64,000 nt of DNA from Paragordius varius (lineage: Eukaryota; Animalia; Nematomorpha). The position numbers and the translations under genes were made by a program. Where the stretch lies: NCBI GenBank assembly GCA_964247055.1, contig OZ176058.1, forward strand, positions 4,216,001-4,280,000, in the 5' to 3' direction. Within the stretch, counting starts at the first letter, position 1. Each line of letters starts with the position of its first letter. Below the pieces are notes generated by a model that worked only from the letters and a program-made list of their open reading frames with translations, had not been told where the DNA came from and ran no database searches. This document shows positions 45,001-54,000 of the stretch, one piece after another.

Positions 45001-47509
45001 TGTTGTCTTTTATCTTTTTAGTGTTTCCAACAATCAAACATATATTTTCAACAATCAAATAATTTTTCCAACAATCAAAATATGTTGCCCAACAGCTTTT
45101 TAGTCTTTCCAACAATCAAACATATTTTTTTAACAATCAAATAATTTTTCCAACAATCAAAATATGTTTTCTTTTAACTTTTTTGTGTTTCCAACAATGA
45201 AACATATATTTTCAACAATCAAATAATTTTTCAAATAATCAAAATATGTTGCCCAATAGCTTTTTAGTGTTTCCAACAATCAAACATATATTTTCAACAA
45301 TCAAATAATTTTTAAACAATCAAAATATGTTGCCCAATAACTTTTTAGTGTTTCCAACAATCAAACATATATTTTCAACGATCAAATAATTTTTCCAACA
45401 ATCAAAATATGTTGTCTTTTAACTATTTAGTGTTTCCAACAATCAAACATATATTTTCAACAATCAAATAATTTTAACAATCAAAATATGTTTTCTTTTA
45501 ACTTTTTAGTGTTTCCAACAATCAATCATATATTTTTAACAATCAAATAATTTTTCAAACAATCAAAATATGTTGCCAAATAGCTTTTTATTTTTCCAAC
45601 AATCAAACATATATTTTCAACAATCAAATAATTTTTTAAACAATCAAAATTTGCCCAATAGCTTTTTATTGTTTCCAACAATCAAACATATATTTTCAAT
45701 AATCAAATAATTTTTTCGAAAATCAAATTATGTTGTCTTTTAACTTTTTAGTGTTTCCAACAAACAAACATATATTTTCAACAATCAAATAATTTTTTCA
45801 AGAATCAAATTATGTTTTAACTTTTGGTGTTTCCAACAATCAAACATATATTTCCAACAATCATATAATTTTTCCAACTATCATAATATGTTGCCCAATA
45901 GCTTTTTAGTGTTTCCAACAATCAAACATATATTTTCAACAATCATATAATTTTTCCAACAATCAAAATATGTTGCCCAATAGCATTTAAGTGTTTCCAA
46001 CAATCAAACGTATATTTTCACAATCAAATATTTTCCAACAATCATATTATGTTTTTTAACTTTTTAGTTTTCTAACAATCAAACATATATTTTCAACAAT
46101 CAAATAATTTTTCCAACAATCAAAATGTGTTGCCCAATAGCTTTTTAGTGTTTCCAACAATCAAACATACTTTTTCAACAATCAAATAATTTTTTCAAGA
46201 AACAAATTGTGTTGTCTTTTAACTTTTTAGTGTTTCCAACAAACAAACATATATTTTCAACAATCAAATAATTATTTCAAGAAACAAATTGTGTTGTCTT
46301 TTAACTTTTTAGTGTTTCCAACAATCAAACATATATTTCCAACAATCATATAATTTTTCCAACAATCAAAATATGTTGCCCAATAGCATTTAAGTGTTTC
46401 CAACAATCAAACGTATATTTTCACAATCAAATATTTTCCAACAATCATATTATGTTTTTTAACTTTTTAGTGTTTCCAACAATCAAATATATATTTTCAA
46501 CAATCAAATAATTTTTCCAACAATCAAAATATGTTGCCCAATAGCTTTTTATTGTTTCCAACAATCAAACATATATTTTCAACAATCAAATAATTTTTCC
46601 AACAATCAAAATATGTTGCCCAATAGCTTTTTAGTGTTTCCAACAATCAAACATACTTTTTCAACAATCAAATAATTTTTTCAAGAAACAAATTGTGTTG
46701 TCTTTTAACTTTTTAGTGTTTCCAACAAACAAACATATATTTTCAACAATCAAATAATTTTTTCAAGAATCAAATTATGTTTTAACTTTTTAGTGTTACC
46801 AACAATCAAAATATGTTGCCCAATAGCTTTTTAGTGTTTCCAACAATCAAACATATATATTCACAATCAAATATTTTCCAACAATCCTATTATGTTTTTT
46901 AACTTTTTAGTTTTTCCAACAATCAAACATATATTTTTAACAATCAAATAATTTTTCCAAAAATCAAACATATATTTTCAACAACCAACTAATTTTTCCA
47001 ACAATTAATATATGTTGCCCAACAGCTTTTTTTTGTTTCCAACAATCAAACATATATTTTCAACAATAAACTATTTTTCCAACGATCAAAATATGTTTTC
47101 TTTTAACTTTTTAGTGTTTCCAACGATCAAACATATATTTTTAACAATCAAATAATTTTTCCAAAAATCAAACATATATTTTCAACAACCAACTAATTTT
47201 TCCAACAATTAATATATGTTGCCCAACAGCTTTTTTGTGTTTCCAACAATCAAACATATATTTTCAACAATCAAATTATTTTTCCAACAATCACACATAT
47301 ATTTTCAACAATCAAATAATTTTTCCAACAATCAATCAAATATTTTCAACAATCAAATAATTTTTCCAACAATCAAACATATATTTTAACAATCAAATAA
47401 TTTTTATATTTTCCAACCATCTAATTTTTTCAACAATCAAAATATGTTGCCCGATAGCTTTTTAGTTTTTCCAACAATCAAACATATATTTTCAACAATA
47501 TATAATTTT
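1..47509. repeat. Tandem satellite array, ~82-bp monomer (consensus TTTCCAACAATCAAACATATATTTTCAACAATCAAATAATTTTTCCAACAATCAAAATATGTTGCCCAATAGCTTTTTAGTR); runs off the left end of the window
   Basis: The GTTGCCCAATAGC module recurs at 324, 406 and 488 (82-bp spacing); a 61-bp variant lacking one subunit is seen at 488->549. All copies are head-to-tail in one orientation, with no inserted unique sequence noticed. Homology ends near 47,509 (CAACAATATATAATTTT). Confidence 0.99.
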
Positions 47510-47968
47510 GATCATTTAAATCGAGATTTTATTTTAATTTTGATTCTGAAAGTTAGATATCTGGTAAATGTAAACTTTTTTATCCAAAGCTATCATTTAA
47601 ATTCAACCATAACAGTTTTCAAAACAAAAGTTTACGACATAAAAACCCCAAGATAATATTAAAACGAAACAGTGAAAAATTTATATAGCCGTTAATTTAT
47701 CATACCATAGATGATAGCAATTTTAAATAGTGTATATCGAAAAAATATACTACATTCAAAAAAATTATATTAAGTATTAAAAAATTAAACAATTTTTTAT
47801 TTAAAATTAAATGTATCTCCGAAAGTTTTATTTTGATCCTCCATTTAGCTATTTTATGAAAATAACACAAAAATCCAAAATCGAGCGATGAATTTTAATT
47901 TTTTGCTATATTATGAGATCAAAAAATTTCTTCTGAAAAATTGTATAATTTGCTCATTTTAACAATTA

Positions 47969-48017
47969 CACTGCGTCGGTAACCCGAGGGTATAATATAA
48001 TTTGATGAAATATATAT

Positions 48018-48052
<35 letters not shown>

Positions 48053-48250
48053 TTGAAAATGTATCAGGATTATCAATGTGCTTTTGGTTTTGGCCCGTAT
48101 GAATGGAATATTTAAGAAAGTTATTAACACTTTTGATCAACAAATGGCATTTGAGCACATCCGAGACTTTAATCCAAAAAATTTTACTAATATCATATAC
48201 TTCATATAAAATGCAAAACAATATTTTCAAAAAAAGTCCCATATTTTTGC
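47969..48250 (+). mobile_element. Copy 1 of a dispersed non-autonomous element (Tc1/mariner-like left end), interrupted by (TA)n
   Basis: TA|CACTGCGTC start at 47,969 and the shared motif ATCAGGATTATCA...GTGCTTTTGGTTTTGGCC at 48,063. The same motif is found in four other end-bearing copies. The superfamily call rests only on the TA|CAC terminus. Confidence 0.55.
48010..48052. repeat. (TA)n microsatellite
   Basis: Directly visible TA run with one interruption. Confidence 0.95.
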
Positions 48251-48254
48251 TCAG

Positions 48255-50203
48255 GACCCCCTTCAACCACCTCAGCTATGGATAAATTAGCGGATCCGTG
48301 GTGGATTATATGGGAACATATGAGTTTGCAAAGTCAAATTCTTGGTAAGGGTAACTTTGACCAGGCACAGAAGGGGATTGTCTTCATTAAAAAACAGGTC
48401 AACGCAAGTTGCAGTCATTGAGACTATGAGAACCACAAAAGCTATTTTATGTCTTACACTAAATGACACTTTAAACGTCGATATTTTACAACTGAACTTA
48501 TTGACTTATGAGTTTTATTAAATATGCTCTTGCATGCGCCAAAATAATGTAAATATGCCGATAACATATTATGAAGCCATGCCTCGGAAAATTTTTAAAA
48601 CTTGGTGATGGTACTGTTTTAACATTTTAGATTGTTGATTTAATTTACCCTTAGGTAGGCCCAAAAACCTAAATTGAATTAGGTTTTGTCAGTAGTTTCT
48701 TTATACAAAAGAATTTGATTAGAATAAAGCCATGGAAAATAAAACTGAAATATTTTGAACAATTTATAAATTTTAATTATGACAAATTCAAGAATCTCTC
48801 TTTGTTGTAAAAAAGACTTAAAGGCCGAATCAATAAGCCATTTTTAATAGAGGGATTTATCTTAAACTGCTTTATCACTAGTTCCTTTATACAGAATATC
48901 AATGCAAATACTATTTTAGTCAAGAAAAATTATTTTAACGACCAATTCAAATGGATAACCAAAGTATAATCAATCCATATTGTGTTTCAGTTTCGTTGTT
49001 TGTACATTGAATCTGCATCTTACGGCGATTTAAAAATATTCCTTAAAAAGCTAAACAAAACCAAACAAAATATGGAAAAGAACAAAGAGAAGTGATATCC
49101 TTTGCCAGTGACGCTTTTGTCAAATTTTCTCTGGATGTCGCAAAGGACATGGATCATTTGGCAAAACACGGGGTAATTATAAACTATATATAGATTGAAA
49201 AGTACTACTGGGGTTTTCACATAAATTTGGCTTACAGAAAAACGTTTACTTGGTTTAGATTTCTACGAGTTATAAAATAGTTTTTTTCTACAAATTAAGA
49301 AAAGCTATTCATAATTTCCCTATATAGATAATTCCTCGAGATTTAACCGCATTCAATATTTTATAGACGGAAGGTTTTTTTGGGCTAACTACAGTGGCAA
49401 AAATCGCAGATTTCGGATTAGCGAGAGATACGTCAACCGTATATTTAATATATGCCAAGATATCAAAGGTAATATATACATTAAAGATATTTATATAATA
49501 AAAGCTCTTTCTGTGTGAGCTACAAGTTGTTATGCCTTTTTAATTGTTTTTACTCCCTTTGGCCAATTTAAATTTATTCACTCTATAATTCAATGACATA
49601 CTCGGAATATGATTTATCTGTTAAAATTTTGCATTCTAATACCAACCAAATATTATAAAATAATTCTTGATTTATATATGATTTTATTGAAAAATTTTAA
49701 TGCGCCGTGTTTTCCAACAACTCCATAAAATTCTTTCCATTAAAAATGAAAATATCGAATTTAAATTTAGACAGGTAAATTACCGATAAAATGGACAGCA
49801 CCAGAATCTTTTGATTAGGTGTTCAAATATAAATCTAATGTATGATTCGGTTTAATGTTTTGGGACAGTGTAACTTTGGGTCAAGATTCTTACCCAGAGA
49901 TATGCCGATTTTTACAACATGTTGAAATTGGGTTATCCTATGAATATAAATCATCACCCTACTGTGACGATGATATGTAATTTTTTGGTTTATTTCATTA
50001 TCAGTTTACACAAACAATCCCTCCAATGTATTAAAGGATGCATGAATCATATATATTTATATAATTTTATTTGTTATAGTTTTCAAGTAAGGCATTGATG
50101 CTGGAAAACTGCGCCCTCAGAACGACCTACATTCGCCCTTTTGAATAAACATTTGAATAAAATGCTAACTCTGAGACACGCTCAAAAATAGATATCTGAA
50201 GAA
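48255..50203 (+). pseudogene. Receptor tyrosine kinase catalytic-domain pseudogene (FGFR/RET/Tie-like kinase fold), five recognisable exons
   Basis: Exons have GT-AG ends except the unresolved 3' end of the first. 48,255-~48,430: DPWWIIWEHMSLQSQILGKGNFD, frameshift, TQVAVI. 48,991-49,172: YIESASYGDLKIFLKK, frameshift, FVKFSLDVAKDMDHLAKHG. 49,328-49,468: IIPRDLTAFNIL*TEG..VAKIADFGLARD, DFG at 49,409-49,417. 49,771-49,976: GKLPIKWTAPESFD*VFKYKSNV*FGLMFWDSVTLG..YP, two frameshifts, FYNMLKLGY..PYCDD. 50,080-50,203: H*CWKTAPSERPTFALLNKHL. Subdomains appear in the correct order, with multiple stops, frameshifts and loss of catalytic residues (HRD->PRD, VAVK->VAVI). Confidence 0.93.
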
Positions 50204-50762
50204 GTAAGTTGAAAAAATTAAAGCCAATATTTATAAAAGTATAAGTAAAATAAAGGAAACATTTAATTTATATATTCTTGGAGGTTGTATTCGTCTCTTT
50301 TACTGAACCTTTTTATTTTTTAACGTCTTCAATGGCATTTTTTGGGCTATCATTTTCATCGTTTTTTAATCCTTCTTTTCGTCATCTCTAATTATTTAAA
50401 GAAATCATGATTATCCCAAAGGCCATAAAATATTAAGATTTTATAATGATACCTATTAGTGATTTGATTGTTAAATCAAGTTATTAAGCGAGCGTATAGA
50501 ACGTATCATAGCAAAAACATCTATAATTAGTAATTCATCGTTTGTTTTCGAAATGATTCGAAATATTCAATATATCTAGTATGTATAACACTTGATGATT
50601 TAAGGCCATTATTCCTAATTTGTGTAGAAAATAAATATATTTTAATATCTGATTAGTTAGTTTACTTTTAAGTATCGCTACCTGTTATAAATAAATTTGG
50701 ATTCGATTTTTGAAATAATTTTTAGGCAGTGTTTTAATCATATTTCTTTGTCTAAATTTAGC

Positions 50763-50784
50763 ATATATATATATATATATATAT
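50763..50784. repeat. (TA)n microsatellite
   Basis: Directly visible TA run. Confidence 0.9.
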
Positions 50785-50849
50785 TTATCGCTCATTCCAG
50801 GCATTTTTGCCATTATTTTAAAAAAACAAACTAACCCATTTCAAGAACC

Positions 50850-51358
50850 TTTGACATTTGGAATAGATGTGGTTGCCCATTTGTATTTGCTAGCTAGTAA
50901 TTTTATCTCTTCGGGTTTTTTATTATCGACCCAAGTTGCTGCATTAATTTTAGTAGTGACGAGAGCAATGTGGACATTCTTCCCATTATAATTATGTTTT
51001 ATCTTTAAAATAATTAACATATACAGGTGGCCATAAATATTATTCTATTCAATTTATTTTTTTTGCCAAATAAGATGATCATTTGTTTTTAACCGGTTAC
51101 ATCAATAACAAATCTGCTATGATAGCTAAGGCTATTATATCAAATTTAATATAGATTCATTAAGTGCATTGCAAATTATTAGTCGTTAACATATTTTTAC
51201 CTTGTATGCAAACATCTTGACATCAACAATAAAATACTATTCCTCCCAAGCTAATTATGCAGCAAGTGGAATGCTTTGATTGATCATTTTGGCATAAATT
51301 GGAATATCCTTTTTACATAACCACTACTTTTTGCCTGATTCGATTGACAGGAATTAGA
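50850..51358 (-). pseudogene. Two exon-like remnants of a single-pass membrane protein (EGF-like end + transmembrane segment, then juxtamembrane exon)
   Basis: Minus strand 51,358-51,201 reads SNSCQ... C.KGYSNLCQNDQSKHSTCCIISLGGIV(LF)IVDVKMFAYK|GT. This needs frameshifts; the inverted copy keeps EIVLFIVGVKMCVLL in frame. A phase-0 acceptor near 51,003 opens IKHNYNGKNVHIALVTTKINAATWVDNKKPEEIKLLASKYKWATTSIPNVKGS*. The family assignment is by eye only. Confidence 0.4.
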
Positions 51359-51839
51359 TTTTTTATTTTATATTTGCGTTTATTTGTGGATGATATTAAA
51401 AAAACTTCGGAGAAATAGTGCTTATTTCGGAGGAATAGTGCTTTTTTTCGAGGAAATAGTGCTTTTTATTGTTGGTGTCAAGATGTGTGTTTTACTAGAT
51501 AAAAATATATTAGCGTAAAAATATTGTTTATAATGTAAATTTTTTCTGTATTAAATATATGTGCTTCTAATTAATAAATTAATGTATTAAAATTCATATG
51601 GCCTGGGCTATCATAGCAGATTTGTTGATATAACCGGTTAAAAACAAATCATCATCTTATTTGGCAAAAAAAATAAATAAAAAATAATAATTTTTATGGC
51701 CAGCTGTATATGTCGATTATTGCAAAGATAAAACATAAATATAATGGAAAGAATGTAAACATGGTTCTCGTCACTACTAAAATTAATGTAGCATCTTGAG
51801 TTGATAATGAAAAACCCGAACAAATAAAATTACTAACTA
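50891..51839. repeat. Large imperfect inverted repeat (palindrome) inside the PSMD7 intron
   Basis: 50,891-51,132 is the reverse complement of 51,601-51,839 with scattered mismatches (e.g. TTTTGCCAAATAAGATGATCATTTGTTTTTAACCGGTT vs AACCGGTTAAAAACAAATCATCATCTTATTTGGCAAAA). Weaker homology continues inward to ~51,250 and ~51,448 (ACATCTTGACATCAACAATAAAA vs TTTTATTGTTGGTGTCAAGATGT), leaving a ~200-bp loop. Confidence 0.92.
51408..51465 (+). repeat. Three tandem ~20-bp copies of CGGAG(A/G)AATAGTGCTT(A/T)TTT at the inner junction of the palindrome
   Basis: CGGAGAAATAGTGCTTATTT CGGAGGAATAGTGCTTTTTTT CGAGGAAATAGTGCTTTTT read directly. Confidence 0.9.
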
Positions 51840-52189
51840 TAATCTTTTCTTTCAAGTTTTTTCGACATTTTTGTGTCCCACAAAAAAGTAAAGCAAATAA
51901 TACCTTGAATAACTTGTTATAGGTAAAAACAAACAGTTTTTAACTTTTATTCCAAGCCTTTGAGATCCGGGAATCGGTAGGCAATGCGTTGTGAAAGAGT
52001 GCCAGAATAGATTTCCTTAATATGTCGGAGTAAATGTTCAACGCCCACTTCTTCGGCTTCCACAGCTCTAATCTTGAAAGGAATATGTTGGAAAGTTTTG
52101 CTTGTTGGTGTACCATCCTTTAAAATTACAAAATTTCGTGTGTAATGTAATACTTTAAATTAAATTAATAAAGTTTGATGATGCGGAAA

Positions 52190-52318
52190 ATTTTTATCGC
52201 TTCAGAATTTTTAATTAAGGGTCATTTGCCTTTAAACTTTGGTAATTTTTTGTAAAAAAAACACAATTAATACATAAACGAACGAATATTTTAATAAGAA
52301 TTCTGAAGTGATAAAAAT
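52190..52318. repeat. Small inverted repeat (~28-bp arms, ~72-bp spacer), possible MITE
   Basis: ATTTTTATCGCTTCAGAATTTTTAATTAA (52,190-52,218) vs TTAATAAGAATTCTGAAGTGATAAAAAT (52,291-52,318): 2 mismatches and 1 indel. No target-site duplication was recognised. Confidence 0.6.
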
Positions 52319-52359
52319 GTTCATCAATGAATTATAATATATTGTTTATTTTCATAAAA

Positions 52360-52720
52360 GTTTATATACCATTTCCGTCATGCCTCAAAATAATATAACG
52401 TATGCTGCAAAATTTTTTGTAAATATGCATTGATTAAGAATATATTTGGTTGATACCTAAATTTAGCGTATATTCAAAATTTTTATGGCAAACCGCTATT
52501 TTTGTGGTTATTTTAAGAGGACTACCCCATTTTAGGAGACGAAAAATAAATTGGTACTTTCGGAGCCCGCATCGAATAAATAAAATTTTTTGAAATTATT
52601 TTTTTGCTTTTATTATAGTTTAATTATATTTTTTGGAATAAAACATCTAACTCTCAACAAAAAAATTATTGAAAAAATGTGCTTAAATTATGCCATTTTC
52701 TGATAATGGGGACGATTTAG
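52360..52720 (-). mobile_element. Internal fragment (copy 2) of the dispersed Tc1/mariner-like element
   Basis: TACCCCATTTTAGGAG...TTTCGGAGCCC is the reverse complement of GGGCTCCGAAAA...CTAAAATGGGTA at ~53,824. AATGTGCTTAAATTATGCCATTTTCTGATA matches 56,112-56,142. Ends are approximate. Confidence 0.55.
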
Positions 52721-53552
52721 AGGCACTGTACTAATGTTTTGTCTTTGTGGCAAAATTTTTATCGAAAATTATCGATTTCATTATAAAACCATTGTTTTGG
52801 AAATTAACTTTTTTATTTTTGGGCGTCAATATAGTTTTAAATAATTATTTTTTTACGATCTCCATTTTTTTAAAATATTATATTTGCCTAAAATAAATAA
52901 AGATTATTTCATTTGAATCTAGCTAAAGATATTTTATAAAATATTTCATTTTAAATGGTTTTGGGGTATTAAGTTAACCCAAACAATCAGAAAAAGTCCA
53001 TCATTTTTATTTAATTAAAACAAAAATCTATAATCAAATTTAATAATACATTAGAATATACTCTAAATCTGATTATTTAATATAAGTATAAACATTGAAA
53101 TTTAATAATTTTATGATATATTATAAAGTTTAAAAACAATATTTTATTTGCCGACATTTTTTCAACCGTTAACATATTACAATAGTCAAGATTAATTATT
53201 TGATAACAATGAATATTTATAGATAAATATGGTGTTATAATCCTTTTAGGTGAAAAATTTTTTATATGAGATTTCTACAACAGGATAGGAACATTAATAT
53301 TACAGTAAGTTATACAAAAAGTAAAAACATAATTCAAATATTTTTAGTAAACCATACTTTTTTAACCTTACTTTCCATACAAATTATTTTATTTGTAAAA
53401 TAATAAATTATTATTTAACCAATATATATATAATATATATATATCTATTGACTTTGCAAAATAATCAAAAATTAATACAGCGGGTTTTTAAAAAAATATT
53501 TATTTTTATATTTGTACATTGTGTTTGTAGAATTATATTTTTAATGTATAAA

Positions 53553-54000
53553 CACGGCATCCAAAATCGGAGGTATAATTAATATCCTGATTGAATCATA
53601 TATGTTGTCATATAAAATATATTAGGATTATCAGGGTGTTGGTTTTTGCCCCTACGAGGTATTTATAAGTTATTATTAATTTTAAAGCAACTACTCCATA
53701 GTAAATAGCAAAATTTGCGTAGATTATGTTAAAAATATTCACGAAAGCTAAATGGATATTACAAATAATATCTCTCAAATATATCATACACTACACATAA
53801 AAAACAATATTTTTAAATATAGTGGGCTCCGAAAAATTTATCACGCTTCTAAAATGGGTACATTAAAATAAACACACACATCTGTAATTGCTTGATAAAA
53901 TATTAAATATTTATAAAAAATATTGATCAGTATAGGACTAATGAAACGTACCACCTACTGGTTTAAAGCGTGGTGGAAACGGTATAAAAGCGATTTAACA
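53553..54000 (+). mobile_element. Copy 3 of the dispersed Tc1/mariner-like element
   Basis: CACGGCATCCAAAATCGG start and ATTAGGATTATCA at 53,621. Internal blocks (GAAAGCTAAATG, GGGCTCCGAAAA, GGAAACGGTATAAAAGCGAT) are shared with other copies. Confidence 0.65.

Larger units (their letters stand above)
50290..52117 (-). pseudogene. PSMD7: 26S proteasome non-ATPase regulatory subunit 7 (Rpn8) pseudogene, 3' half, three exons
   Basis: Exon 52,117-51,904 reads [70 protein letters not shown] (recalled human: [45 protein letters not shown]...LKGL.SKL...YL). Exon 50,614-50,453 reads GIMALNHQVLYILDILN / SKTNDELLII...MIRSI..LNNLI / NNQITNR, with two frameshifts. Terminal exon from 50,387 reads RDDEKKD*, then K/D/E-rich sequence. 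Splice phases (1, then 2) are compatible between exons. The 3' end coordinate is approximate. Confidence 0.93.

Noticed and set aside
1-47509. CRISPR-like reading of the array (constant repeat plus variable insert)
   Set aside because: The variable part is only 13 nt and has two recurring states rather than unique spacers. There are no cas genes or leader, and the context is intron-containing eukaryotic DNA.
4218-47656. ORF-track peptides inside the satellite (MLEILKSYWATYF..., MMPNSFLVF..., MLSFNF..., MLPDSF...)
   Set aside because: They are translations of the repeat. The 82- and 61-bp units are not multiples of 3, the frames are short and recur wherever the same monomer order recurs, and there are no gene signals.
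47919-49220. ORFs 47,919-48,266(-), 48,103-48,285(+), 48,287-48,469(-) and 49,020-49,220(-)
   Set aside because: They run through (TA)n and the dispersed element, or are antisense shadows of the kinase exons.
51201-51348. Reading this segment as an out-of-order PSMD7 exon (RQKVV...NLCQND...NSI..IVDVK vs RERIVGWYHTGPKLHKND...NSVLVIIDVK)
   Set aside because: The invariant GWYHTGP is absent, and both palindrome copies would need different deletions. The transmembrane reading stays in frame in the right-arm copy. It is not fully excluded; a BLASTx would decide.
51024-51706. Simple Tc1/mariner MITE with ~110-bp TIRs and TA target duplication
   Set aside because: The inverted symmetry continues outside the supposed ends and further inside, so the unit is better described as an inverted duplication that includes a Tc1-like end.
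48255-52117. Stop-codon reassignment or a functional pseudokinase as an explanation for the in-frame stops
   Set aside because: All three stop codons occur, at positions of unrelated residues, together with many frameshifts and substitutions at invariant sites in both genes. That is ordinary decay.
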